Shown: piece by piece, positions 51,100 through 64,000 of the stretch
Position numbering within the stretch: position 1 is the first letter of the stretch
Layout: each line of letters starts with the position of its first letter
Source: Paraspadella gotoi
Lineage: Eukaryota > Animalia > Chaetognatha
Direction of reading: 5' to 3'
Length of the DNA stretch: 64,000 nucleotides
Assembly (NCBI GenBank): GCA_051294375.1
Contig: CM119265.1
Coordinates: forward strand, 26,077,748 to 26,141,747
Translations under genes and position numbers: made by a program
The notes under the pieces: generated by a model
Databases searched by the model: none
What the model was told of the DNA's origin: nothing
The model's input: the letters and a program-made list of their open reading frames with translations, nothing else

Positions 51100-51590
51100 T
51101 TCCTTTCGATTTCCTTGCATTCTGCTTCGTCTTCCTGCTGTGCTGCTTCTGTCTTCTGTCTTCTTTTTCCTTTTGCGATTCTCTTTTTCTGCCGCTTCTG
51201 TCTTCTCGCTTCTGTCTTCTCGCTTCTTGTCCTGGTTCTTTCCTTTCCCGATTTCCTCTTCTGCTTCTGTTTTCCTGCTTCTGTGGTCTATTTTCTTGTC
51301 TTTCTGTCTTCTGTCCCTGCTTCATTCTTTCCCTTCTTGCCTTCCTGTCTCTGCCTTCGTGCTCCCTTTCTGTCTTCTGCTTCTTCTTTCCTTTTCGATT
51401 CTCTCTTTCTGCCTTTCTGTTTTTTCTGCTTCCTGTCTTCTGTCTTCCTGTTTTTTCTTTCCTTTTCGATTTTCTCTTCCTGCTTCTGTCCTTCTGCTTC
51501 CTGTCTTCTNNNNNNNNNNNNNNNNNNNNNNNNNGTCTTCTGTCTTCTTTCCTTTTCGATTTCTCTTCTGCTTCATTCGATTCAACTCAA
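51100..51590. repeat. Compound (TTCTGT/TTCTGC) low-complexity repeat
   Basis: Seen directly. Confidence 0.85.
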
Positions 51591-52079
51591 TTTTCTTTCT
51601 CTTCAAATTTCACAAACCCCTTTCACTTCCACTTCAGCCCGGGCGCTCCTCTGTCGTCCTCCCATTTCTACCACCTCCTTTCATTACTTTGCCACCCTCG
51701 CCACCACCTCGGCCAACCCTAATCCACCCCCTCCGTTTATCCACCCACCTGACTTCCACCTCACCTCCGTCCCCCCCTTCGTCTCTCGCCCGACCGATGA
51801 TTAGTTTAGAATGAAGATTAATTTTCTTTTTCTCTTTCTCAATTTGTCTCTCATTATTTCCTTCTTCTTCTCTCAACATTTTGCCGTTTATAATTGCCAA
51901 TTAGTTTATTCATTTTTCCGCTCATAAGTTTTCGATCATATTTTTTAAAAATATTATATTTATTTATTTTTTTTTCTTCTCATAGAATTGGCATGAGGTT
52001 GAACAGTAAAAAATAGTAATAACAAGAAAAAACGTTAAAAGAATTTTATCAAATGATTTAAAAAACTAGCATCGCAGGA

Positions 52080-52472
52080 GTAACAATCGGAGATCGGAGA
52101 CTCGGGCGATCTCCGCAGGAAATGGAATCGCCGAATCCCGATTGGTCAAGCATTGAACCGGAATCGACCAATCAGCTTGCAGAATAATTGGAACTGAAAA
52201 TTTTACCCACGTCGCCGATCCTCTTCCTTAGTTATAAATAGACTTAGCTTGTTATAGTTTCAGTAGCATTGAACAAGACTCCTGCGTGTGTCTCACCGTC
52301 ATCTTTATTCTCAGAATAAAATCTCATCTCGATTTCAACCATAGAAATCCATGAGCTTTTCTTTAAATGTGGTGGCAGCCGTGGGATTCGAACCCACGCC
52401 TCCGAAGAGACTGGTGTATAGTATATAGTAATCAAATCAAATCAAATCAAAATAGTAGTTTTTCCTTAAATG
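52080..52472 (+). mobile_element. LTR-like unit plus extended tRNA-Leu PBS (copy 3)
   Basis: GTAACAATCGG start, ATTGG/CCAAT, TATAAATA, AATAAA, TTAAATG|TGGTGGCAGCC..., then (AAATC)n and a repeat of AGTTTTTCCTTAAATG. Confidence 0.7.
52370..52416 (-). pseudogene. 3' half of mature tRNA-Leu with CCA, retro-copied
   Basis: Minus strand CACCAGTCTCTTCGGAGGCGTGGGTTCGAATCCCACGGCTGCCA-CCA. Confidence 0.85.
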
Positions 52473-54613
52473 CTAGAAAATGCTCCTAAAAATGAAACTA
52501 AAAATTCGAATGGAAAATGTCAATTTTTGTTTTAATCGTTTTTAAATTTAAATATTATAATAAAATTAAAACATTTATATTGTTTTCACTGAGAAAATTT
52601 AAATTAATTCAAATTAATTAACCAAAAAAAATATACATTAAAACTTTTTATCTTTTTTTTTATTTTTAGGATTTTTTTTTTACAACGCGGTTTTCAATCA
52701 AATTTTCCCATTTTCAAAGTTATGACAAACCGAAAACAAAGCGAAAAACAAAGAAAACGACTAAAATCTTAAAAAAACATTGTTTACATTTTAATGTGAA
52801 AAGAAAAGAGTAAACAAACGAAATGGCGCCAAAAATCATTTTTACATCGTCTGTAATAAAAAAGTTAAGAGTAAAATTTTACTCGCTATTAAATATTTAT
52901 TGTCGCTTGTAAAGAAGAAAATCGCGAGAAACTGGAAGAAGAACAACAAGGAACATTATTTCATTAATTCCTAAGTTCATGTTTTAATCAAATCATTTAT
53001 TTTTTAACTAATTTTTCATTTAATTTATTCATTCATTTCTTTGTTAATTTTAATTTTTTTATTCCTTCATTGATTCCAGTCCACTCTGTTCATTCAATTC
53101 ATTCATTTCATTTAATTCTTTGATAATTCATGTTATTATATCTCTCGTAAAATCGCTATATCAAATCTACAATTTATTTTTTATTCTCTCTCTTTTTTCC
53201 AAACATAATGTTTCCATTCTAATTGACAATTCGATGACAAATACAAAAAAAACTATGCCTGTTTAATAAATTAACAAAAAAAAAATCATTTTTAATCTCT
53301 TCTATGTCTTTTACAATCGCGCTCTTGCGCTGAACCCGGATCTTGGCTCTCCTTGGTTCCAGCACTCAGAGCAGTGCCGTGCATGAAGAACGAGAGATGT
53401 ACGACGACGACACGATCACGTCGCACACGCACAGAGAGCAGAGACGCAGACGACGAACTACTCAGACGATAGAGACGCCTATCGAGTCCACAACCGACCG
53501 AGCAGACGACACCTCACACGACGAGAGGCAGTGGAGACCGAGACGCAGACAAAAGACGAAACACGACGGATAATAACCAGAGCGGAAGAGAGACCGAGAT
53601 CTTTGAAAGCCCGAGTCAACCGCAAAGCGCATCACATCCTTAACTCTAAAAAACCAGCCTCCAGCATGGAAACCTAATTTTGGACGTCCGTCGTGGGTCC
53701 TCCGTTTTCGTGCTTCATCATTCGTCGTACGTTTGTTTTAAAAAGAGCAAATATCCCCGGTTGAACACGAAAAACGAGGCACGAAACTGAGTCAGTTTTG
53801 AAAGAGAAAAAGAAGGAAAACCTAAAAAAACGTGAACGTGAAGAGTAAAACTACTACTTCTCTCCCCGATCTGTGAAAAAAAATGCCAGATACCCATCAC
53901 ACAACAAAACAACTACAATAGGATCCACGGATAAACTTGGAGGAAAAGAAATCACGGTCTATCGTCTGTATTATCTAAAAAAAAAGTTGAATAGATAGGT
54001 TAATTGAAGGTTAATGAAAAAAGCAGGAGATAAATTATGGCTTATGTAAATTTAACTCCGTGAACTAAGTTTGAAAAAAGATTTTACGTTTTTTAAGACC
54101 GTAGGTGTGCAGCGTTAGGCAGTTGCCTCGTAATCTCATTGGAGTTATCAACATGAGAGATCAGTGACGTAGGACCAGAGGAGGAGAAGAGAGAGAGAGA
54201 GAGGGAGAGAGATGAGAGAGAAGAGAGAAGAGAGAGAGAGAGAGAGAGAAAGAGAGGAGAGAGAGAGAGAGAGGAAGAGAGAGAGGAGACGAGAGAGAAG
54301 GAAGAGAGAGAGAGAGAGAATGAGAGAAAGAGATGAGAGACGAGAGAGAAGAGGAGGAGAAGAGACAGAGACGAGAGAGAGAGAGAGAGAGAGAAACGCG
54401 TTTCTTTTCTTTCATCACCAGTTAAAAATAATGACAACAGCCGAACAACGACTCGATGGCGGAATCTTTTTCCGATCCCTCGAGAACCGCAGAGGCTTTG
54501 AGTTCCGACCGTCTTTTGTCTTTAAAGCCAAAGACCAGCAGGGGGCGGGAGAGGGCAAAGGCGGGCAGAGACGGGCGGGGGAGAGGGCTGAGGTGGGGAA
54601 AAATTAGGCTCGG

Positions 54614-54668
54614 AATTGGGTCTGATTGGGTCTGATTGGGTCTGATTGGGTCTTATTGGGTCTGATTC
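54614..54668. repeat. 10-bp tandem (ATTGGGTCTG)n, 5 units
   Basis: Seen directly; each unit contains an inverted CCAAT. Confidence 0.85.
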
Positions 54669-55150
54669 GATAAAAAAAGAAGGATTTTGGATGAGGAACG
54701 GAATTGAAGAAACAAAAGCTACATGACACAAATACTACCACAAATTAAATATTATTAATGGCGATTACATTATTTCCGCGAAGTCATACTTCCTTTATAC
54801 GACGACTTGGAGCCGTCAGGAAGCTATTCAAATTTACATGGATTGCTATCGCTGTTGTGGTACCCTTTGATTAAAACTCTGCAGAAATCAAAATAAATCA
54901 TAAATACTCGTACGACTTAAAAGAAAATAATTGATCAACTGAGAAAAATGTAAAAAACACTCTTAGATTCATTCACAAGGGAGGAAAAAATAAAAACAAA
55001 AAAGGGAGATGTTACAAATGAAAATCTTGGGTCAAAAATGTTAAAAAGTTAGCCGTTGAAACTATAATTTTTTTAAAAGATGTAGTAATAAATCTGACTG
55101 CAATATGTAAATTAGTTTTTCGGTTTATCAAAGAGAGGGTCCGAGGAGAA

Positions 55151-55299
<149 letters not shown>

Positions 55300-55554
55300 G
55301 TGAGAGACAGAGAACATAGAGAGAGATGGCGTATTTTCTCATTCATAATGCATGAACATTTCATAAATTCTCCATTCATGATTGACCTCTAGAAAGAGTC
55401 GAGTATAAAAAAGTGAGTGAAAGGCGAATAAGCGACAGAGATCTCCTCGAGGAAATTTTTTTCGTGCTTAAGGTTTATCGTTGTCGTTGTTGTTGTTGTT
55501 ATTGTTTGTTGTTATGTAAGTATAATAGTAACAAGAAGACACGGTTGTGGAATA

Positions 55555-56025
55555 AGACGAGAAAGACGACGACGAGGACAACCGCGACAAAGGCGAGCGT
55601 GACGACGACGAAGACGACCACAATAACGACGATTACAACCACTACGACGACGACGACGACGACCACAATAACGACGACGACAACCACAACGACGACGACG
55701 AAAAAGACGACCACAACAACGACGACGACGACGACATTAACAATGATAATGACGACGACCACAATAACGAGGACCACAACCACGACGATGACGACGACGA
55801 CGACAACCAAAATGACGACGATGACGACATGACAACGCTTAATTAAAGAGGCGAACCAAGAAGAAGAAACTGAAGACAACGATGGGGAATCACAATTTTT
55901 TTTCGAACTCGCAAGAAACAAGTGGGACAACAACAACGACCACAACAATGACAACGACTAAAAAGAAAACATCAACGACAACAACGACAACAACAACAAC
56001 AAGGAAAACAACGACAACAAGAAGG
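55555..56025. repeat. (ACG/ACA)n trinucleotide-rich block
   Basis: Seen directly; similar blocks at 48810-49020, 57775-57995 and 59805-59915. Confidence 0.85.
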
Positions 56026-56447
56026 AGCGGATATCAAATTCCCTCTCCCTGATCTTCGGCGGCTTTCTCTTTCTCTTCCTTCATTTCTATTCATTTTATT
56101 GAGTCCTGCGTAAACATCGTAAAATGGTTGGGTTAAAAGGGGGTTTATGGTTGGGGGGAGGAAGGTGGGGGCGGAGGTTTGGGTGGCGGAGAGTAATGGG
56201 GGATGGGAAGGAAAGGAAGGGTGAAGGGTCCAAGGGTGAAGTGGGGCGTTAGCGATGACTTCGTCGTTGCAGAGATGCCTGACACAATACACAGTCCTTT
56301 TAGGTGATTGAAACATTCTTTGAAATATTCAATATAGGGAATCCAGGTGCCTTGGAAGTAAATAAACGAGATAGTATTGATTGAAAGCTTCCTGCTATGT
56401 TATAAACTTGTAAGAGTGATGGAGGCTTTTACTAACTTTAGCCTGTC

Positions 56448-57084
56448 CAGTAGAGTGGAGCACTCAAGAACAAACAATTTATTTGAATGATCGAACAATG
56501 ATATTTAGATGTGAGATAGTATGATTAACTAGTACAAAAAATATTTTGTTCATATTATCTCGGGAACAGAATAGTAAAATATAATATATTTGTAGTAATA
56601 TCCTTATAAAATAGTAAATTTTAAAAATAATTTTTATAAAACTTTTAATAAAGATTCAGATTCTTCATAAAAAGTTGAATCAAAAATATAAAACATGTTA
56701 TCAAAAATTATGTTATCTTCAATGTTTAAAATAAGAAAAAAGGTAAAAATTTCTGACTTTTTTTTCTCTGTAATAGAAACTTATATATGTTAAAACGTTT
56801 TAGTCATTTTTTGTGATCTAAACATTAAAATATCATATAACATATTTTATAAAAGTTTCTTAGTTTTTTACAGCGAATCCAAATCCAAATCTTAAAAATA
56901 AAAAAAAAAAAATATTTTGAATTTTGACGATTTTATAAGGATATTACTACATAAATAATTGAATTTGCTATACTGTTATGCTAAAAAATTTTTTAAAAGG
57001 ATTTAAAATTCATTAATTATATGTCCATAGGCAGCAAAAAAATAATGTTCAATCACTCAATCTTTTCATCACTCCACCCTACTG
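56448..57084. mobile_element. Foldback/MITE related internally to 26509-27158
   Basis: Termini CAGTAGAGTGGAG ... CTCCACCCTACTG; inner inverted repeat GTAGTAATATCCTTATAAAAT / ATTTTATAAGGATATTACTAC. Confidence 0.6.
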
Positions 57085-57396
57085 TCCAAAGTCAGGGGCA
57101 AAGTAGCTTATTTATTAAATGAATGTGTAGTTTTAAATTGGTTGTACCAATTTCATAATAACAGGATCTAGTGAAAGTGAAGAGTTAAAAAACAAAAGGC
57201 GAATCGACATTTTCTTTTTATTTATCGCTTCTTTTGTTACTTTTAACTTTTTCCCGTTTTTCTTTTGTTTTTGTTTGTTTATTTATTGTTGTCATGGTTA
57301 TCCGTTTTTCTTTCTCTCCTCTTTGGTCGGAGGGAAGGCAAGGTCTTGACTTTCCAACTCGTAAAACCGTTTAAAAGGCGCTTTTTAATTCCGTTT

Positions 57397-57495
<99 letters not shown>

Positions 57496-58669
57496 CTCAA
57501 GGTAAAATTGATTTTTTCTGCAACCGTTTTGGCTTTTTGTTTTTAAAAACATTAAATCTTCGAGAAAAAACCAAACAAACAATAAAAAGAAAATGGAATC
57601 TTAAAAAAACCAAAAAAAAACAACAGAAAATGTGAATCGAGGCGAAGACCGTAATTCTGTCGTCGAATAGAAAGAAAAGAAAACTGATTAAAATTTGTTA
57701 TTATTAAACGAACAAAAAACGAACCAAACTAAAAATTCAAAGCTTCAGGGCGTAGTTATCCCATTATCTTGTAAGCGAAGACAACGACGAAGACAACGAC
57801 GTAAGACAACGACGAAGACAACGACGAGACAACGACGAAAGACCAACGACGAAGACAACGACGAAGAAACGACGATAGACCACCCAGAACCGACGAACGA
57901 CAACGACGAAAGACAACGACGGAAGACAAACGCATGAAGACAACGACGAAGACAACGACGAAGACAACGACGAAACAACGACGAAACAACGACAATGAAG
58001 ATAATGAGGTCAACGCATCAGCGACGACCGATTTCTTGTGATCGTCGTTAAAATAGAATTTGTTGTTGTTTATGTTGTTATCGTATATAATCACTTTGTT
58101 TTCTTTTTTTCATTTTTTTCCGTTCGTTCGTTTAAGCTCTTGACGTGAATGTGTCGAACAGAAAGGCTCCTCGGATATTGTGGTATTCTTTAACTATAAC
58201 TTATAACTAAGAATTGTGTAATGTACATATTCGGGCTGACTTGACCTTGAGCTTTGTAAATAAATAATAAAGTAATATTGTTCGCAAGTTTCCAAACAAA
58301 CATTATTCACATCTTAGGTTCCTAAAAAGAAACAACAAGAGAGAATTTAATTTTATACATTAATAAATATTTTCTTCCGACTCCATCTCGTCTTTTTCAT
58401 TCCGTTATCGAGTCGTGTCTGATCTTCGTAAAGCTAAAATATCTCCCAGGCGTCTTTAGCTCGAGCTCAAACGAGAAAACGTTTTCCACGACGACAACAA
58501 CAACGACAACAACAACAACAACGACGTCGTTCCCTCGTCGACCGTTTCTTCCTCCTTTTTCGCTTAACTGGCCTTTTTTTTTCGCTGCCTCCGTCTTTTC
58601 ACGAGTCGTCGTCGTCGTCGTCGTCGTCGCCATCGTCGTCGTCGTAGTAGTTCGTCTCCAGTCCCCTTC

Positions 58670-58683
58670 GTTTCCATGGCAAC
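58670..58683. promoter_or_regulatory. Canonical RFX X-box
   Basis: GTTTCCATGGCAAC is an exact match to GTTNCCATGGNAAC. Confidence 0.45.
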
Positions 58684-59239
58684 CGTCTAGGTCGCCCCAG
58701 TTTTTTTTTCTCTCTCTCTCTGCGACGAGAATCGTCTGCTCNNNNNNNNNNNNNNNNNNNNNNNNNAAAAAAAAGAAAGGAGAGATGTTTTACTAAAATA
58801 TCAAAAACCGATTTGGATTATATTTTATTATTATACTTTATCAAATATGTAAGAATAGCTTTTGTGTATATATTAATCTTTGATTCTTGATAACTAGCCA
58901 AATTTAGCAGTTTATACTTTAGGGTGAATTGTCTTCTATAAATAGAGGGAAGCATCACGCGGTGCAATATTTCACGAAGAAACTTTGTTTAAAGTTGATT
59001 TATTCATGAGTTTACATTTTTTACACTTTTTTCCCTTTTAATTCCCTTTATTTTCCTTTTTTTATTTTTCTCAAAAGTCCAAATCATAATTCGACTTTTT
59101 ATTTTTCTCAAGGAAATTGAAAACAAAAAAAGGACAATGAATAATTGAAATACGCCAATGAATGTAATGATTTATCAATGTTAATTTAAGGACCGGCAGG
59201 CGGCGATGCGGCGGGTGTCATGGCGTGGGCGGCGAACGT

Positions 59240-59274
<35 letters not shown>

Positions 59275-59994
59275 AACGGACGATTCTCTCTCCCCATGAA
59301 CCGAATGTGTGAGATTCGCATGAGAAAGTGAAAAGTCTTCACGTTCTCAGAAGTTGACCTCAACTGTCATACGCGTTGTCTCCGATTGTCGTTGTGTTGT
59401 TCTTATTGTTGTGGCTTGTTGTTGTGTAGTTGTTGCTTGTAATTTTTTTGTTTCTGATAATTAATAATTTAACAAACCTAATGAGACCAGAACAGTTTTT
59501 AAAATTATCTAAAAATTAATTGTTATCATCTAGATCCCTACTTAGTTAGTAAATCGCAAGAAGTAATGTACCTCAGTTTGGTTAAAAAGTTAGGGTTAAT
59601 TTTTAATTTTTCTAAAGAAATTAATTAATAAAAACAAGAAGTCAAAGAAACAGATCAAGGCGACGCGAAAAAAAAAAAATGGCGTTCCTATGCTCGTGAC
59701 ATTTTTTTAAATGGTTCCGTTGGAAAAGCGAAAAGAAGAAAACTCAAGATGGCGCCCAAAGTTTATGTCGGTTTTTTTTTTAAGGATGGAAAAAGTAGGC
59801 GGCGACGACGAATAATGACTATGAAGACGAGACGATGACAACGACGACGACTTATCGACGACGACGAAACAGACGATGACGACGATGACAACGACGATGA
59901 CGACGATGACGATGAACGATGAACGAGCAGATGCCTGGTCTCGAATTTTCGTTCATTGAAAATAGTTAAAGCTTTTCAGCGTCGCGTCCTCAAT

Positions 59995-60165
59995 TCATTA
60001 ATTTAATTAATTAAATTAATTAATTAATTAATTAATTAATTAATTCATTCATTCATTCATTCATTCATTCATTCATTCATTCATTCACTATTCATTATTC
60101 ATTCATTAGGTAATTCATTCATTCATTCGGTAATTCATTCATTAATTCATTCATTCATTAATCAG
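59995..60165. repeat. (TTAA)n plus (TTCA)n microsatellites
   Basis: Seen directly. Confidence 0.9.
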
Positions 60166-60375
60166 TATTCAAAAATGCTTTTAATTTCTCTATATTTTAG
60201 TTTCTTTTTAATATTTTTTATATTTTCTTTTCTTAACTTCTTTAATATTTCACTTTTCTCCACATAAATTTTTTGTTTCTCTCATTTCTCCTCAACTACA
60301 AAATTCGTTCTTATACGATTCGCCTTGTTTTTATTTTTTTCCTTACGTTGTTGTTGTTGTACTTTTTTTTTCCAG

Positions 60376-60635
60376 GTTCCACCTCACTCTCTAAACTTCC
60401 TCTCCTTATGTCCTCTATAAGTCACTTTCGGTCGGATAGAGTCGGTCGGTCTGTCCCACTTACGTTAAAATATGTACATAATTCGCATATAGTTGGTTTG
60501 CCTCATTTGTTAAGTACAGGAAAAAACCTCAAATCTAAGGGACTGCTAGCGCGCCTTCGGGAAATCCTAAACAATATAAAGAATGCAAGAGTTGATTTTT
60601 CCGATGAAGCGCGTGTCATAAATAATACACGCTAA
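60376..60635 (+). CDS. Candidate terminal exon, or degraded Tc1/mariner-like fragment
   Basis: Strong acceptor TTTTTTTTCCAG|, ~86 open non-repetitive codons containing GLLAR...KNARVDFSDEAR. Confidence 0.2.
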
Positions 60636-61256
60636 GAAAGTTATTTAGTATACAGTCATGTTAATGTCGCGTCATGTCACATTCGGCGCAACACATTAGA
60701 TGAACAAATCTTGTTTCTTTCCATTTTTTCTTTAAAACTTTGAAAAGAGCGAAAAATTTCAATTTTCTCTCGACGTTTTTCGTCGTGCTATATTTGTCAA
60801 AAAATCTTTTTGTTAAAAAAAAAAAAGAATATGTCGAAACTGACAAAAAAGACAAATGAATTTTCAGTTGAAGTCGTTAGCTTTTTGTTTTGTTTATTTC
60901 CGCGTTTGTTTTTTCATTCTTTTTTTAGGCATATTATAATTTTTTAAATGGGAACGTCACAAAGAGAAATTACATTCGTTATAGCAAAGTTCACTTTATG
61001 CAGATATAATTAATTGTTGTCATAATTCATCTACTTTTTTTAATGTCGGAAAAAACGAAAAAGTAAACGAAAGAAAAAAAAACGAAAAAAGAAAAAAAAT
61101 TAGGAAAAAATTCGGTTTAAAACAATAAATTAAACTTCTTTTTGTGATTTGTCACAAAAAGAATTTAAAACAAATTTAATTCAACAATGAATCCTAACTT
61201 TCGCTCCAACTCTCGTATTTTTCTTCAATTTGCGACTAGAGAGAGAGAAGAGAGAG

Positions 61257-61323
<67 letters not shown>

Positions 61324-61411
61324 AGAGAGAGAGAGAGAGAGAGAATATTCAAGACTCGAAAATAATTTCAAGGCAAGTCCCAAGGCCTTAAATTTTGGTG
61401 ATTGATTGGAC

Positions 61412-61493
<82 letters not shown>

Positions 61494-62544
61494 CTTTTTC
61501 TTTTTCTCCTTCTTTCAAAAGAAGCGTCGGTGTTGTGCCAAGTTTTTTTCCCGCGCATTTTTCTGTCGAATTATTTTTTTTATTTTCTTTTTCCTTTTCA
61601 TTTTCTCTTTCTTCTCCCTTTGACGAAGGTTTATCTTCTCACGAGGACATCAATTCAATTCTCTCTCGCGACGTTAATCTGTGAACATGAGGAATTGAGG
61701 ATTCGCCGTCGTGTCGTCGTCGTCGTCGTCGTCTTCTTGTCCCCTGTTTTTTCTCTTTTTGTCCCGTACACATTGTTAATTCCGTTTTAACATTAATTAT
61801 TTAGTACTTAAAAAAAAATTTTTAAATACGATTATTATCAGCCTAATTATTTTAACTAAATGTCACTGTTCAAAATATACTAATTTGCGTTGTTCCTTTT
61901 TTTTTTTAACGCGTCGTTTTCGTCGTCCGTTCATTTACAAAGTGACGTATTATTGTTTTTTTATTACTGGCTCTGCTGTTGCTGCGGTTACATGTCGTTG
62001 TTGTTCATTTGCGGCGAGATCGAATTTTATGGCAACAACAACTTAAAACGATCAGTAACAACTGCGATTTTCCTTCCGTTTGGTTTTTCACTCTTTTTTT
62101 TTTTGCGTCGACATAAATTTTTATAAATTCAAAACCTAAATTAATTCTAAAAGATTCAAATTAATTCCTTCGTCTCATTCACAAATCTTGATTCAACTCA
62201 GATTTCGTCAACAAAAATTCCTTTCATTCCTTGTTCTTTTGCCCATGCATCGTGGCTCCGAGCGCCATGTTAGAAATTCAAAACGTTAACTAATTTTAAA
62301 TTAGTAGTATATATTTATTATATAAGTAAACAAATATGTCCACTCAACATCTATAGTATTGTACTTAAGTAATACAACAATTTTCCAACAAGGTCGCCTC
62401 CATTCATCTAGCTTCTCTCCGTTTTCGTCTCGTGAAACGAAGAAAAAAATCGGTTCAAAACGGTTCGAGTCAGTGAAAAAAGTCAGCTTTGCCGAAATCG
62501 AGCTTCTCACTCTACGCCTTGCCCATACTTTTAGATATGTCCCT

Positions 62545-62818
62545 ACCCTCACTTTAAGCATTATCTCACTTAGTTACTTGGTTCACTCTAGCCTCACTTT
62601 AAGCCCAACTTTAATCTCACTTTAGTTACTTGGTTCACATCTAGCCTCACTTTAGGCCCATTTTGGAATTCTCGATCTTTAGTTATCTTAGTTCACTCTA
62701 ATCTCACTTTAGCCCACTTTAATCTCACTTTAGTTACTACTAGTTCACTCAATAATGCTCACTTTTAATCTCACTTTAGTAAAACTTGGTTCACTCTCGC
62801 CTCACTTTAGTCCACTCC
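62545..62818. repeat. Minisatellite of CTCACTTTAG-type 11-mers in a ~55-bp higher-order unit
   Basis: AATCTCACTTTAGTTACTTGGTTCACTCTAGCCTCACTTTA repeated ~5 times. Confidence 0.85.
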
Positions 62819-64000
62819 AAACGCTTTTAATTAAACAATACAGTTATACAATTGATTGCATAAATTGAAAACGAAGCAATAGATGGCGATTATAGACTTA
62901 AAAATGGTGGGTCACTGGTCTGTTCTAATTTTGTAATGTATCCCCAAAATGTTTCAGAAGACCTCAGAGATAGTCATTATTAATTCCACAATTAAGTGAT
63001 GGTTTGCAGTCTTGATACCGAGTGCAAGAGATAAGCGGTTTCGTCCCCCGAAACGAATAGCGACCAACTGTGCCAAAAGGCGACATCAATATTGCACGCA
63101 AAAAAACACGATTCTTGCTCGCAGAATCTCTGACGAAAACCTCATCCAAAATTCAAAGAACCGGAGAACTCGAACGTTCGCATTTCCACTTACTCACCCC
63201 CACTTACTCTCCGTCCCTCACCACCTAATTCGTCCACGCGTCGTAACATTACGTCACGCGACTTGTTCGCTTTTTAGCCGCGTCGAGTCGCATCGTCCGT
63301 ATGGCCGAAAATGACGCCGTAGAATCAGAGTCGTTTGTGCGAGATTTCTTTCGATATTTATGTTCTTCTCTCCTCTCTCCTCGTCTCTTTTCTATCTTCT
63401 TCTCTCTCTCTCTCTCCGCCAATCAACCCTGAACCTTACCTCTATTAAAACTCACCGGCTTGAATCAACACAGATTTATTTCAAATTCTTTTCCCGATTT
63501 GATTTTTGGTTTTTCGTAAACTCTTCGAAAATCGTCGGAGTGTATTCTTCAGAAATTTCTTCCTCGGGCGCAGTGTAATCTGGAGTTTTATCAAGTTTAC
63601 ACTGTATCAGTTTTAATTTTCTGTACGCAGCATACTTCTAGCGTATGCGGCTTCCTTATCCACATTTTGCTTGTGCGTGAAGCTAACTGTCAACGCTGTC
63701 GTTGGACACAAACCTTTGAAACATATTTAAAAAAAGCTGATAATTTGTATTTTCATTTGTGTCAATTTTTTAATAAGAAAACTTTCAAGATTAAATAATT
63801 TCGCATTGATTATTGTTTATCACCATCATTCTGCTTCACCTATGCAGCAGCGCGTTTTTTACCGCCAAGTTCCGTCTCCGTCGTCAAAACTTTGATTTTC
63901 GTCGGTACAGCTTGCGTCGTCATTTTTTTTTTAGCGTTAAATACAAGTGTTTAGTTTTTTTTAATATAAAAACAGATTTAACAAAGAATATATAGATTTC

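Noticed and set aside
62390-62530. PP1-docking KKVSF motif in a + ORF
   Set aside because: A five-residue motif is expected by chance; no clear donor site.

Overview
AT-rich, CpG-retaining eukaryotic (probably invertebrate animal) draft scaffold with many N gaps and very dense (AG)n, (ACG)n, (AAGG)n and (TTAA)n microsatellites. Almost all ORFs in the supplied track are microsatellite or gap artefacts, and no complete gene can be read. Much of 12.8-36.6 kb consists of direct and inverted duplicates that differ mainly by 1-nt indels, which looks like noisy long-read gap filling. The best-supported structures are: (1) three co-oriented ~300-bp LTR-like units (CCAAT, TATA, AATAAA), each followed by an antisense copy of the 3' part of mature tRNA-Leu including CCA; two divergent copies stop at the same base, next to G37; (2) a palindrome at ~25.1 kb carrying two divergent Penelope-type minimal hammerhead ribozymes; (3) two related foldback/MITE elements, a HINE/pearl-like element and a tRNA-SINE-like repeat; (4) isolated candidate exons, one with a P-loop motif, and X-box, E-box and CCAAT motifs. 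All family assignments come from reading the sequence; no searches were run.
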